Below the pieces are notes generated by a model that did not search any database, was not told the origin of the DNA, and saw only the letters and a program-made list of their open reading frames with translations. A stretch of 63,851 bases of DNA, filler included. It is 4 parts of 4 records of this genome, joined end to end, with 100 filler letters (N's around TTAATTAATTAA, not from the genome) between each part and the next. Parts side by side here need not be neighbours in the genome. Positions count along the whole stretch, not along the records: positions 14,167 to 36,621 come from SRR20825006_433; 3 more parts are not named here. One strand, written 5' to 3'. Position numbers and translations under genes: made by a program. Shown piece by piece: positions 22,653-33,368 of this stretch (position 1 is the first letter of the stretch; each line of letters starts with the position of its first letter).

Positions 22653-23515
22653 GGAAGGTTTTGCAGTGCTTCAAATACCTTGGCGCCGAGTTCAGGGCCC
22701 TGTACCGGGTATAAGAAGGGCTCGATAAGCTCCAGTTCCATAAGCATCAAGCCACCGTCTTCACCGCGCAGCATATCAACACGTGCATACAGCGGCACCT
22801 CATCGAGTGCTGATAGCGCTGCGGATGCTGCCGCAATATCGTCGGAGGATGGAGTGACCACCTGTTCCTTGCCGCCATAGCAGCTCTGGATACGGTATTC
22901 ACCCTCCACTGCTGTTTTAAGCAGCGCAAACACATATTGCCCGCCGATGAAGATAAAACTGATCTCACCCTCTTTGAGGATGTTGCTCATGAAGGGCTGA
23001 ATTTTCATGGGATACGGCATGTCAGGCACCGCCTCCCCGCGCTTGATCCTGTGCTGGCCATCTCCTCCGGCGCCAACCTGACGTTTTGCCACCAGCGTAT
23101 CGCAGCCAAACTGCTCAAATGCAGAGGCAATCACCTCTGGTGTCGCTTTATCTGCCCATAGGGTGGGTATTGTTGGCACACCTCGTTTCGCCAGATCTTT
23201 GAGGTAGCGCTTGTGGCAATTCCACTCAACCAGCGCACGGCTGTTGTAAAGCCTTGTTTTTGCTTCTATTTTCAAAAGCACCGCGAGAAACTCATCCAGG
23301 CGGTCGTAATAGTCCCAGGTGGTGCCAATCATGACAGCGTCAAATTGAGCCCAATCCGCAGCCGCGTCATCCCACGATACCGCCGTTACCCTGCCCCCGC
23401 GCGCTTCAAAGGCCGCAGACAAATTTTCCACCATCTGGTCGTGTTCATAAGCGTCAACACGGCGGGTGCTCGAGCCCGGCAAGGTGGCTTGACAAGCCAG
23501 ATAACAAAGGTGCAT
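22631..23515 (-). CDS. ATP-grasp (RimK/glutathione synthetase-like) protein
   Basis: TTWDY, KRYL, IQPF, YARVD, MELELIEP. Confidence 0.85.
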   Translation of the reverse strand: MHLCYLACQATLPGSSTRRVDAYEHDQMVENLSAAFEARGGRVTAVSWDDAAADWAQFDAVMIGTTWDYYDRLDEFLAVLLKIEAKTRLYNSRALVEWNCHKRYLKDLAKRGVPTIPTLWADKATPEVIASAFEQFGCDTLVAKRQVGAGGDGQHRIKRGEAVPDMPYPMKIQPFMSNILKEGEISFIFIGGQYVFALLKTAVEGEYRIQSCYGGKEQVVTPSSDDIAAASAALSALDEVPLYARVDMLRGEDGGLMLMELELIEPFLYPVQGPELGAKVFEALQNLPYRSSRV

Positions 23516-23527
23516 AAGAGGCTCCTG

Positions 23528-23992
23528 CTAACCACGACCGCGATAGCTTGGCACAGCCTGATCGGGTATCCACACGCCTTTTGGTGCTTCGCCGGTCTGG
23601 TAGAACACGTCGATCGGGATACCGCCTCGCGGATACCAGTAGCCGCCGAACCTCAGCCATTTTGGCTTCATTTCCTCAACCAGTCGTTCCGCAATACCAA
23701 CCGTGCAGTCCTCGTGAAAAGCTGCATGGTTTCGGAAGCTTTGCAGGAACAGTTTCAGGCTCTTGCTTTCAACAAGCGTTTCACCCGGCACATAATCGAG
23801 CACCAGATGCGCAAAGTCAGGCTGGCCGGTAACAGGACATAACGATGTAAATTCCGGGCATGTGAAGCGCACCAGATAGTCTGCCTTAGATCGCGGGTTA
23901 GGAACATATTCCAGCACCGCCTCTTCCGGGGTTTGTGGTGCATCAACCTTGGCGCCCAACTGGCCAAGACCTTCGTAAATCTCTTTGCCCAT
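23528..23992 (-). CDS. queF: NADPH-dependent preQ0 reductase
   Basis: [31 protein letters not shown]. Confidence 0.97.
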   Translation of the reverse strand: MGKEIYEGLGQLGAKVDAPQTPEEAVLEYVPNPRSKADYLVRFTCPEFTSLCPVTGQPDFAHLVLDYVPGETLVESKSLKLFLQSFRNHAAFHEDCTVGIAERLVEEMKPKWLRFGGYWYPRGGIPIDVFYQTGEAPKGVWIPDQAVPSYRGRG

Positions 23993-24276
23993 GTCACATA
24001 TCCTGCATGAATTCGTCTTGCCTCTGCCTATGCGGTGCCAGAGTTATTTTGTCAAAGAGTTTCCGGAAAAGGCGCAGAAAACCTGAAGAAATGCCCACAC
24101 CTTAGCCGTTAATCTTTGTAAGATAATTACCAAAACCTTAACGTTATTGAATTTTTAGTTCAGCATTTATTAATGCACGCCAAGTATAGTGGAGAGTAAC
24201 AGGTCAAGAAGTGATCTGGTCGACTCAGGCAACCAACAATGACTGAATAACGAGGTCGACAAGTAGGAGAAGAACA

Positions 24277-24597
24277 ATGGCACAGTTCCACAAAGCTCGT
24301 TTTGCCCCCGGTACGGTTGTTCGCCACCGTCGGTTCGGCTATCGCGGCCTTATATACGATGTGGATGCGGTGTATAGCCAGTCTCCTGAATGGTATGACA
24401 TTATGGCTAGCTCGCACCCGCCAAAAGATCGCCCCTGGTACCATGTACTTGTGGACGGAGAGACACACACAACATATGTGGCGGAAGACAACCTCGATGT
24501 TTGTTCCGAGACCGAAGCATTCGACCACCCGCTCCTCAGCAGGTTGTTCGTAGCACAAGGTAGCGGTGATTTCGCGAGCCGGCACGTTGTAAACTGA
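24277..24597 (+). CDS. hspQ: Heat shock protein HspQ (YccV-like)
   Basis: VVRHRRFGYRGLIYDVD, PWYHVL, TYVAEDNL. Confidence 0.92.
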   Translation: MAQFHKARFAPGTVVRHRRFGYRGLIYDVDAVYSQSPEWYDIMASSHPPKDRPWYHVLVDGETHTTYVAEDNLDVCSETEAFDHPLLSRLFVAQGSGDFASRHVVN

Positions 24598-24852
24598 GTA
24601 AAGGCAACAGCCCCTCAGACAGAGTTTTCGAGCCCCCAGGCCCAGTGATGACCCCAGAGTTTCGGGGATGAGTAGGTAGAGGCGTCTGCACCCCAGCAGG
24701 CGCCTCTATCATGTTTTAGCCCTAAACCTATACCACCAAAGCCCGGCACCTATGCACCTGACGCAAGTCTGCCATGTCAATTGTCCCGTTGCGTATGGTG
24801 GCTTCACCCAATAGTGTCGGTTCTTTCTGACAAGAATCAGGACAATAAAAAG

Positions 24853-25740
24853 ATGATTGCTTCACCACTGGTATCCACGGAATGGCTGGCTTCCCGCCTC
24901 GGCGACCCCGGAACCCAAACTGTGGACGCAACCCTGCTGCCGGTAGACGCGTCATGGCACATGCCAGATAGCAAGCGCAACGCAGCAAAAGAATTTGCCC
25001 AGGCTCATATCCCTGGTGCTGTTTTCTTCGATATCGATGAAAACTCACACAAAGCCTCGCAGCTACCGCACACATTGCAGCGCCTTGACAAATTTCAGGC
25101 GATTGCGGGCAAGCTCGGCATCTCCAACGACACCACCCTCGTTATTTATGACGATAGTGATGTGCGCTCCGCTGCTCGGGTGTGGTGGAACTTCCGTGTC
25201 ATGGGCCACCGAGATGTCTATGTACTTGATGGTGGGCTCCAGAAATGGCGCGCCGAGGGCCGCATGCTCACCGATGTGCCAACAGAAGTTACGCCCACAA
25301 CCTTCAAAGCAACCTTTCAGCCTGAGATCATGCGCTCCGCAGACGATATCCTGATGTTGCTGCAGGCCGACGGTAAAACGGGTGAGCAGATTTTGGACGC
25401 ACGCGCCGCCGCACGCTTTGCAGGCAGCGCGCCGGAACCAAGACCTGGCCTCAGAGCTGGGCACATCCCCGGTGCGCGCAACCTTCCCTTCAGCACGCTG
25501 TTTGATGAAGACAATACACTGCTCACGGGTGATGCACTGCGTGCAAGATTTATCGCAGCAGGTGTCGACCTGGACCGCCCGATCATCACCTCGTGTGGGT
25601 CCGGTGTAACCGCTTGTGTATTGAAGCTCGCGCTCGCAAGCCTTGGCAAACAGGACGTGGCCATTTATGACGGGTCCTGGAGTGAATGGGGCGGCGACAT
25701 CAGCCTGCCGATTGAGACGGGACCCGCGGAGGCAATATGA
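24853..25740 (+). CDS. sseA: 3-mercaptopyruvate sulfurtransferase
   Basis: HIPGAVFFDID, SCGSGVTAC, YDGSWSEWG. Confidence 0.95.
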   Translation: MIASPLVSTEWLASRLGDPGTQTVDATLLPVDASWHMPDSKRNAAKEFAQAHIPGAVFFDIDENSHKASQLPHTLQRLDKFQAIAGKLGISNDTTLVIYDDSDVRSAARVWWNFRVMGHRDVYVLDGGLQKWRAEGRMLTDVPTEVTPTTFKATFQPEIMRSADDILMLLQADGKTGEQILDARAAARFAGSAPEPRPGLRAGHIPGARNLPFSTLFDEDNTLLTGDALRARFIAAGVDLDRPIITSCGSGVTACVLKLALASLGKQDVAIYDGSWSEWGGDISLPIETGPAEAI

Positions 25741-26933
25741 CCGACAACAAGCAGAAAACAGACACCTATCTGGTTACCGGCGGCCGGCGCAAGGAGTGGA
25801 GCCACGGGGTAGTGAACCCACCGGTTTACAGGGCGTCTACATGCTTGTTTGAGACATACGCGGAACTGCGTGAGCGCTCTGCCGATCCATCGGCAAAAAA
25901 ACTGTTTTATGGCCGTAAGGGCACACCAACCCAGTGGTCGCTTGAAGAAGCGCTCACGGAGCTTGAGGGCGGCGAAGGCACCATGCTGTACCCAAGTGGT
26001 ATAGCAGCGATAACGGGGGCTATCCTAGCTTGCGTGCGCGCGGGTGATCATATCCTGATCACCGATAGCGCTTATGAGCCAACCCGCACTTTCGCAAACG
26101 GCCTGCTGCGCCAGATGGGTATCGAGACCACCTATTATGAGCCAATGGTTGGGGCCAGCATTGAAGAGTTGTTTCGCGAGAATACAAGCCTTGTGATTAC
26201 CGAAGCACCGGGCTCGCTGACCTTTGAAGTACAAGACCTGCCCGCGATCATTGGAGCTGCCAAAAAACGCGACCTTTATGTGATCGTCGATAACACCTGG
26301 GCAACGCCGCTTCTCCTCAATCCGCTCAAGATGGGTGCAGATATTTCCGTACATGCCTGCACCAAATATATTGGCGGGCATTCTGATATCATGCTGGGCA
26401 GCGCCACCGCCAACAAGCGGGCGTTCAAGGCCCTTCAGCGCACGGCTTACCAGTTGGGTCAGACCTGTTCCCCGGATGATGCTTTCCTTGCTTCCCGTGG
26501 CTTGCGCACGCTGGGTGTAAGGCTGAAGGCGCACGAGGAAAATGCCCTCAAGGTCGCTGCTTGGCTGCGTGAGCGCCCTGAGGTAGCCATGGTGTTGCAC
26601 CCCGCGTTTGAGGAATGCCCAGGCCATGATATCTGGGCCCGCGATTTTGCTGGCTCAAGCGGTCTTTTCTCGATTGTCCTAAAGGGCGGTGACTATCCGG
26701 ACACCGCAGCACTCGTCGATGAGATGGAGCTTTTTAAAATGGGCTTCAGTTGGGGCGGCTATGAAAGCCTTATCCTGCCTAGCGACCCCAATGGCAGCCG
26801 CAGCGCCACGACGTGGGTTGCTGAAGGGCCCCTCGTTCGCCTGCACATTGGTCTTGAAGATACTGATGATCTGATCGCCGACCTTGAAGCCGGGCTAAAG
26901 CGGTATTCAGCGCACCTCAGCGCTAAAGCCTGA
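25737..26933 (+). CDS. metC: Cystathionine beta-lyase
   Basis: VNPPVYRAST, YGRKGTPT, DNTWATP, TKYIGGHSD, FSWGGYES. Confidence 0.95.
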   Translation: MTDNKQKTDTYLVTGGRRKEWSHGVVNPPVYRASTCLFETYAELRERSADPSAKKLFYGRKGTPTQWSLEEALTELEGGEGTMLYPSGIAAITGAILACVRAGDHILITDSAYEPTRTFANGLLRQMGIETTYYEPMVGASIEELFRENTSLVITEAPGSLTFEVQDLPAIIGAAKKRDLYVIVDNTWATPLLLNPLKMGADISVHACTKYIGGHSDIMLGSATANKRAFKALQRTAYQLGQTCSPDDAFLASRGLRTLGVRLKAHEENALKVAAWLRERPEVAMVLHPAFEECPGHDIWARDFAGSSGLFSIVLKGGDYPDTAALVDEMELFKMGFSWGGYESLILPSDPNGSRSATTWVAEGPLVRLHIGLEDTDDLIADLEAGLKRYSAHLSAKA

Positions 26934-26936
26934 CCA

Positions 26937-28223
26937 TCAGAAGCGTAACCGGTAGCTGACCTGCACAATATCCTGTGTCTGGTCGGCAGCATAGCCAATG
27001 GTTTTGCGCGCAGGGCGCCAACTATCGAGCCGCAGCCATTCCAAAATCAACTGATCATTTGCCCTGAAGTCGCGCGATACGGCAATCGTCCACGCATGGC
27101 CCCACTCGTCATTATTGTCCTCGGCCTTAAAGCTATTATCAGTGGTCTCGAACCAGTCATAGCGCGCGCTCACCCGGTTCTTACCAAACTTATGGCTTGC
27201 AAGAGCAAAAACAGCCTCGAAATCCACATCAACGGAGCGTTTTCCGCCATACTTCAAAAAGCCCATCTTTGTATTGCCGCGCATATACTGGCTGAGAAGC
27301 GTCAGCCCTTTTATAGGTGAGGCCTCAACATAGGCGTTCCAGAACCTGGTATCCCATGCGTATTGTTTGCGCTCCAGCACCTCAGGGTCCCCACGGTTAT
27401 CATAGTAGAAAGCCCCGGCCTTGAAGCGCTTGGCATAGTCCCAGTCAAGCGACAGGTAATATCCGGGCCTGCCATCCACTTCGCTTATGGGGTGAACCCA
27501 GAAAGGCTGATTTGAAAGGAAATCACTATCCGGCCCGATGGAGGGGATATGTGCGAGAGGCAGTTGGCTAAAAGCACCAACCTTATAGTCGTTCAGCGCC
27601 CAGCCCCGAAACGCCAGCAATGTGCCAGCGGGATCGTTAAAACCAAAAAGCGCTGCGGTTAGTGAGAATTTGTGAGCGCCTGTGCGGTATGTTGCTTTAC
27701 CTTCCGCAGCCAAAGCCCTGATTTCTTCGCCCACCCAGCTGTTGATGGCGGAAGGCGTTATGGTATAGGGGCTTGTCCAGGCAACACCGGTATTCTCACG
27801 CGAGATATGGGGGAACATCAGCCCCAAACGGAACTCATAGGCAAGCGCTGAGGTTGGTGCTGGGTGGTACGTTAGATACCCCTCAACCAAATCCAGAGGT
27901 TTATTTTGCTCTGGGTCATATTTTGCATGAACGAAGGCCCCAATGTCCCATGTGATCTCGGCTTTGGCCAGAATGGAAAATTCAGCCAGTCTAAGTTTTT
28001 CTTGGTTCCCGTTACCCCAATGTTCACCGCCATAGCGCCCTTTACCCAACCAGTCGTTAAACCAGCTGGGTTCCCCGTCTGCTATGGAAAGCCTAGTATC
28101 TGCCAGAAAATCAACATCCAGACTGGGAAGACCAGCCGCCGCTTGGGCACTAGATGACGCAAACATCGTAGCAAGCCCTATAGATACAGCTCCTGCCCTC
28201 AGAGCATGGCTAGCGCGAGACAT
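26937..28223 (-). CDS. Putative outer-membrane beta-barrel protein
   Basis: Signal peptide, aromatic-rich strands, C-terminal YRLRF; start overlaps the EAL gene stop. Confidence 0.75.
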   Translation of the reverse strand: MSRASHALRAGAVSIGLATMFASSSAQAAAGLPSLDVDFLADTRLSIADGEPSWFNDWLGKGRYGGEHWGNGNQEKLRLAEFSILAKAEITWDIGAFVHAKYDPEQNKPLDLVEGYLTYHPAPTSALAYEFRLGLMFPHISRENTGVAWTSPYTITPSAINSWVGEEIRALAAEGKATYRTGAHKFSLTAALFGFNDPAGTLLAFRGWALNDYKVGAFSQLPLAHIPSIGPDSDFLSNQPFWVHPISEVDGRPGYYLSLDWDYAKRFKAGAFYYDNRGDPEVLERKQYAWDTRFWNAYVEASPIKGLTLLSQYMRGNTKMGFLKYGGKRSVDVDFEAVFALASHKFGKNRVSARYDWFETTDNSFKAEDNNDEWGHAWTIAVSRDFRANDQLILEWLRLDSWRPARKTIGYAADQTQDIVQVSYRLRF

Positions 28224-30546
28224 ACCCGCCCTCCTCCAGGAATTTTTCAAGCTCCGCAGCCGGTACAGGGCGAGAGATATGATAACCCTGAAGGGTGTCA
28301 CAGCCATATTCCTTCAGGCGCTTGACCGATTCTTCATCCTCCACGCCTTCTGCCGTCACCTTGAGGCCAAGGTTGTGACCGAGCTCAATTGTGGAACGCA
28401 CGAGGATATTGTCCTCATCGTTTTCAGCTAACGTCATAACAAATGACTTATCGATCTTGATTTCACTCACCGGCAGTTTCTTGATGTAGCTGAGAGACGA
28501 GTACCCGGTGCCATAATCATCGATTGAGAGCGTAAGCCCCATCGCGTGTAGCATGTTGAGAACATCAAGCGCGCGGTCCATATCATGCATCACGGCGCTC
28601 TCGGTCACCTCAAGCTTCAGAAAACCCGCAGGCAACTTATATTGTTTCAGCAGTTGTAGTATCTGGCCCGGCAGGCCCTGGTTCATCAGGTCATTGGTGG
28701 ACAAGTTTACCGCAACCGCAAGTTCCAGTCCTTTCCCGCGCCACTCCGCCGCTTGTTTCACGGCGGCATCAAGGCCCCATTCGGTCAGGTGCCGCACGTC
28801 ACCTGTACGCTCAGCATGCGGAATAAATTCATCCGGTGCCACAAAGCCCCGCGTTGGGCTAATCCATCGCACCAAAGCCTCTACAGACGTCACCTTGCCC
28901 GTCGCCAAATCAAGCTTTGGCTGATAGGCGAAGCGGACCTCGCCGTTTTTGAGCCCAACCCGCAATTCACTCATCATGGACAGGCGCTGCATTTGCGACT
29001 TGTCGCTATCGGGGTCGTACCAGGCAAAACCCTTCTGAACCAAGCGGCCTTTATCAAGGGCGGCATAGGCGTGACGCAAGAGCACAGCACTGTCGTCACC
29101 GTCACCGGGGAATTTCACAAGGCCCAATTTGGCACGCGCATCAATGATGATGCTGGCCACGTCAAACGGGGTCATGAAGCTGTTCATCACAAGTGAAGCC
29201 ACGGTGTCAGCTTCGCTCGCATCCTCTAGAATAAAAGCAAAACTTTCAGTGGCGATACGCGCGATCTCCGTATCCGCCAGTTGGTTAATCCGTTCACCAA
29301 CGCAGACCATCAGGTCGTTGATATTTCTGTGGTTCAAAACGCTGCGAAGTTCAGGCACCTGCTGAACCTCAATCACCAGCACCACAAATGAGCTACTTTT
29401 CGCAATCTGTTCCTCAAGCATTTCCTCAAACATCAATCTGTTCGGGAAACCTGTCTCGCTATCATGGAAAGCCTGGAAGCGGATTTTATTCTCACGCTCC
29501 TGTACCGCTCCCACCATCTGGTTGAAGCTCATGGTCAGGTCAGCAACCTCATCGCCCTTAGTGGGGGCATCCACTTCCTGATATTCACCAGCAATAATGC
29601 GTTGCGCTGCTTCCGCAAGGCGCCTGAGAGGGCGCGTCACCCCACGCGAAACCACTACACTGCCGCTGATAAGCAGCAGCAACCCACCAATCAGGATACC
29701 CACCATGGCGACAACGAGCGGATCAAATGGCTCGAGCGCCACATCGACGGAATAATAAAGTAACGCGCTAATCTGTGCAGCATCATCGCTGGCATGTAAC
29801 GGCAAGCGCCAAAACAAGTGATCCTGACCGTTAAAGTCAGCGTCAAACACTGGGGCTTCCGGCAGATTTTGCGTCAAAAATTCCGTCATCACCTGACGCT
29901 CAGACGTCGCGCCCGCTAGCGCGTAACGTCCGTCGTCCTCGCGGTAGATAAAAGCGATCTCAAGATCAATCGGCGACAAAGCTTTGATTTCGAGTGCTGT
30001 TGCTTCATCCAGCTCCATACCAAAGGCGATCCAGGCTGTTGGTATAGGCGCAAGCACAGGCACAACCACCAGCTCATAAACCCGTCCACCGATTTCAACC
30101 ATGCGGGTAGCCACACCGTCGCTTTCAGCCGTGACCTTCATCTCGTCAGGAATGGCAGTAGTTAAGGTTTTCTCATCTCCTGCACCTATTGTCGCAATCA
30201 CCTCGTCGTCGAGGTCGAGGATATATGCCAAGTCAGCACCAAGCCGGGCTCGGTGATTCCTGAGCGCAGACATCACCGTAGCCTGATCATCAGGGTTATT
30301 AATCGCATCGCGGAAGCCATAATCCCGCGCCAGCAATAGGGCATTCGCAGCAAGTTTCTCAACTCGGTCATCAATAATGCGCTCAAACGTGCGCGCGGAC
30401 GACCCAAGTTGCTCCTGAATCTGCTCCCTCACATTCTGGGTAACAGACTGGTAGAAGGCGAGCGCGATCACACTCATGACCACCAGAAACAGGGCCAGAT
30501 AAACGATCGTCAGCTTTGTTTGAAACTTGAAGCGAAACATCTTCAA
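28210..30546 (-). CDS. Membrane sensor (Cache-like/HAMP) + degenerate GGDEF + EAL c-di-GMP phosphodiesterase
   Basis: Two TM segments, HAMP, FHDSETGFPNR, GGDEF site replaced by ATESF, intact YQPK, EALVRW, DDYGTGYSSL, AEGVE, QGY. Confidence 0.93.
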   Translation of the reverse strand: MKMFRFKFQTKLTIVYLALFLVVMSVIALAFYQSVTQNVREQIQEQLGSSARTFERIIDDRVEKLAANALLLARDYGFRDAINNPDDQATVMSALRNHRARLGADLAYILDLDDEVIATIGAGDEKTLTTAIPDEMKVTAESDGVATRMVEIGGRVYELVVVPVLAPIPTAWIAFGMELDEATALEIKALSPIDLEIAFIYREDDGRYALAGATSERQVMTEFLTQNLPEAPVFDADFNGQDHLFWRLPLHASDDAAQISALLYYSVDVALEPFDPLVVAMVGILIGGLLLLISGSVVVSRGVTRPLRRLAEAAQRIIAGEYQEVDAPTKGDEVADLTMSFNQMVGAVQERENKIRFQAFHDSETGFPNRLMFEEMLEEQIAKSSSFVVLVIEVQQVPELRSVLNHRNINDLMVCVGERINQLADTEIARIATESFAFILEDASEADTVASLVMNSFMTPFDVASIIIDARAKLGLVKFPGDGDDSAVLLRHAYAALDKGRLVQKGFAWYDPDSDKSQMQRLSMMSELRVGLKNGEVRFAYQPKLDLATGKVTSVEALVRWISPTRGFVAPDEFIPHAERTGDVRHLTEWGLDAAVKQAAEWRGKGLELAVAVNLSTNDLMNQGLPGQILQLLKQYKLPAGFLKLEVTESAVMHDMDRALDVLNMLHAMGLTLSIDDYGTGYSSLSYIKKLPVSEIKIDKSFVMTLAENDEDNILVRSTIELGHNLGLKVTAEGVEDEESVKRLKEYGCDTLQGYHISRPVPAAELEKFLEEGGYVSR

Positions 30547-31184
30547 TAACTTTCATCGGCCGGAGGTTGTTGCTCACGGCGCACTGAGCGCAAATCAACG
30601 GTCATTGACGTTATGGTTGGTGCTGCTTCATCCAGCATTACGTTCAAAGGTGCAGTCTCGCCGCGTTTTGCATCCGGGTGCCATACATTAAGCTGGTATT
30701 CACCGGCTTGTAGCCCTTCAAAGGTCAGCATGCCATCCGCGTCCGTTTTGCCCACAACCGGCGCTTCGCTTACATAGATGAAGGCGAGCATATTATCATG
30801 AATATTACAGCCAAGCGCTATGATGCCCGGCTTGTCAAAGGTAATCGTATTGGTCGTATCCTGACCATAAAGCCTTAGTTCAAAACGCTTGGGTTTCGAG
30901 AAAGAATAAACCTGGTGGCGAAACTCGTCGAGATTGGGGAACGTGACAGTAGTGCCCACACTGATCGGCAATACAAAAGGCCGGAAAAGTGTGTCCTGCT
31001 GGGTCATGGTAGCCGCAGTTTCAACGTCGGGCAGCACCAAACCGGGCGTTATCGGTGTAACGCTGACAACAGCGTTTTCAGCAACCTGACCGTCTGTGCT
31101 CTGTACCTTCACCTGCAGTGAGGCCGCGCCAACACTCGAGAAAGCACCAAAAACCAAACTACAGATTATGAAAAAACGTATCAC
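30543..31184 (-). CDS. Periplasmic cupredoxin-like ('methylamine utilization'-type) protein
   Basis: Signal peptide; FPNLD..RHQVYSFS and GCNIHDNM copper-ligand-like pattern. Confidence 0.85.
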   Translation of the reverse strand: MIRFFIICSLVFGAFSSVGAASLQVKVQSTDGQVAENAVVSVTPITPGLVLPDVETAATMTQQDTLFRPFVLPISVGTTVTFPNLDEFRHQVYSFSKPKRFELRLYGQDTTNTITFDKPGIIALGCNIHDNMLAFIYVSEAPVVGKTDADGMLTFEGLQAGEYQLNVWHPDAKRGETAPLNVMLDEAAPTITSMTVDLRSVRREQQPPADESY

Positions 31185-31374
31185 CCGTACACCCCCAGTC
31201 GGTCAGTCAAGATATGATAATCATTATAGAATTCTATCCTAACCTACCAATCAATTATTGTTTATAGCAAGTCGTGCGGCAATGCCGTTAGAATGCCGAT
31301 GAACTTTAGTGCATCTTGCGTTTAGCGGCGCTTTTCGCAAAGTTTGAATAACAACAATATGGGAGGATATACCA

Positions 31375-33267
31375 ATGGGGATTACCAAGAAGTTTAAATA
31401 TTCGCTGGTCGCGCTCGCGGCCTCAACAGCTCTTGTCAGCACAGCCATGACGCCTGCGCCTGCATTTGCTCAAGACACCAACCAAAAAATTGAGTGGGAC
31501 CTGGCCGACCTGTACGCCTCAGCCGATGCATGGGACGCGGAACGCCAGCGTATTCTCGACGATATGAAGGGCATTGAGGAATACAAAGGCAAGCTCGGAA
31601 AAGACGCAAAGACCCTGCTGGCGGCGATGGACAAGATATCGTCTGTACAGAAAGAAGCAGTGCGCTTGCTCGTCTATGCCGTACTGGCTGCCGATGAAGA
31701 TCTCCGGGTTTCAGAGAAGCAGGAACGCCGGAGCCTTGCTCAGTCCCTCCTCTCCTCGCTCGGCCAAACCGCAGCCTTTGTCTCACCAGAGCTCATCAAG
31801 GTAGGCAGCAAAAAAATCGAGAAATTTATCGCCAAGGAACCGGGCCTTACGAAACACGCCTTCAACCTGCGCGACACACTCCGGCAGGAAAAATTCACCC
31901 TTGGCGAAGAAGCTGAAGGTGTTCTGGCAAACGCGGGGGACGTATTGTCCGGGCCCGGACAAATTTATGGCCTGATGACCAATGCCAGCCTGCCGTGGCC
32001 AACCGTGACGCTTTCCACTGGTGAAGAGGTGATGTTGAACCAGTCTGCCTACACGCGCTACCGCGCCGTCTCAAACCGCGAGGATCGCAAGCTTGTGTTT
32101 GGCGCCTTCTGGGGGGCCTGGAAAACCTACGAGGCGATGTTTGGCGCAACCTTGGGCACGCATATTCAGGGGCATATTTTTGGCGCCAAATCCCGCGGCT
32201 ATGAAAACGCGCTCGAAAGCGCGGTATCCGGCAGCAACATTCCAACAGATGTTTATCGCACGCTCGTCACGGCCGCCAACGACAACCTCTCAAGCATGCA
32301 CCGATATCTGAAATTGCGGCAGCGGCTGCTTGGGCTGGATGACCTGCATTATTATGACATCTATCCTGAAGTAACTGCGCTTGACCGCACCTTCACAGTT
32401 GATGACGCCAAGGAAATGACGCTTGTTTCGCTTGAGCCCTTTGGTGAAAAGTATCTGAACCACCTCCAGCACGGCTTTGAAGGCCAATGGATGCATGTCT
32501 TCCCGCAGGAAGGTAAACGCCCCGGCGCCTATATGTTCGGCTCCGCTTACGACGTTCACCCTTATGTCCTCCTGAACTTCAACAGCGGCTTTGAAGATGT
32601 TTCAACCTTCAGCCACGAATGGGGCCATGCTGTTCACACAATGCTGAGCCGCGAAAACCAGCCCTATGAGAACTTCAGCTACACCACCTTCACGGCGGAG
32701 CTGGCTTCCACCACCAATGAAGTGTTGTTGCAGGAACACATGCTGGCCAAGGACCTGCCAGATGCAGAGCGGCTCTATTACATTGACCGGGCGCTTGAAG
32801 GCATTCGCGGCACTTTCTTCCGACAAACCATGTTCGCGGAGTTTGAACTGCGTGTTCATGAGATGTCTGAAAAAGGCGAAGCGCTTTCGGGCAAGAAGAT
32901 GACCGAGCTGTATCTGGAGCTTCTCAAGAAATACCACGGCCATGAAGAAGGCGTGATGGAGATTGATGACGCTTACGCCATCGAGTGGGCTTATATCCCG
33001 CACTTCTATCGCAACTTCTATGTCTACCAGTATGCCACCAGCATCTCTGGCGGTACAGCCTTTGCCGAGCGCATGCTTTCCGGCGACGAAACAGCCCGGG
33101 ACGATTATATCAGCGTACTTGAAGCAGGCGGCTCTCGCTATCCATATGAACTGCTGAAAGACGCCAAAATCGACCTAGCGTCAGAAGTGCCATACACCAC
33201 ACTCATCAACCGCATGAACCGGCTGATGGATGAAGCGGAAGCCATTCTGGACCGTATGGGCAAATAA
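31375..33267 (+). CDS. pepF: Oligoendopeptidase F (M3B), exported
   Basis: WDLADLY, GKRPGAY, HPYVLLN, HEWGH, AELAST, FRQTMFAEFE, PHFY; signal peptide. Confidence 0.95.
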   Translation: MGITKKFKYSLVALAASTALVSTAMTPAPAFAQDTNQKIEWDLADLYASADAWDAERQRILDDMKGIEEYKGKLGKDAKTLLAAMDKISSVQKEAVRLLVYAVLAADEDLRVSEKQERRSLAQSLLSSLGQTAAFVSPELIKVGSKKIEKFIAKEPGLTKHAFNLRDTLRQEKFTLGEEAEGVLANAGDVLSGPGQIYGLMTNASLPWPTVTLSTGEEVMLNQSAYTRYRAVSNREDRKLVFGAFWGAWKTYEAMFGATLGTHIQGHIFGAKSRGYENALESAVSGSNIPTDVYRTLVTAANDNLSSMHRYLKLRQRLLGLDDLHYYDIYPEVTALDRTFTVDDAKEMTLVSLEPFGEKYLNHLQHGFEGQWMHVFPQEGKRPGAYMFGSAYDVHPYVLLNFNSGFEDVSTFSHEWGHAVHTMLSRENQPYENFSYTTFTAELASTTNEVLLQEHMLAKDLPDAERLYYIDRALEGIRGTFFRQTMFAEFELRVHEMSEKGEALSGKKMTELYLELLKKYHGHEEGVMEIDDAYAIEWAYIPHFYRNFYVYQYATSISGGTAFAERMLSGDETARDDYISVLEAGGSRYPYELLKDAKIDLASEVPYTTLINRMNRLMDEAEAILDRMGK

Positions 33268-33292
33268 GCTGGTATAAACTTACACCAAAACC

Positions 33293-33318
33293 AAGGCGGG
33301 CATATCTTGCCCGCCTTT
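33293..33318. terminator. Hairpin between convergent pepF and DUF599 genes
   Basis: AAGGCGGGCA-TATCT-TGCCCGCCTT. Confidence 0.65.
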
Positions 33319-33368
33319 CCTGTTTTAGCTCAGGGCCTTTCAGGTAGCGCCCTGACATCATGGTAAGA

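Noticed and set aside
20150-23992. queC/queE/queF as a 7-deazaguanine DNA-modification (dpd) defence island
   Set aside because: There is no dpdA/tgt-like or other dpd gene, the context is housekeeping, and queF points to tRNA queuosine synthesis.
24598-24720. Possible sRNA downstream of hspQ (CAGAGTTT repeat and hairpin)
   Set aside because: Only a short repeat and a terminator-like hairpin; no recognisable RNA family.
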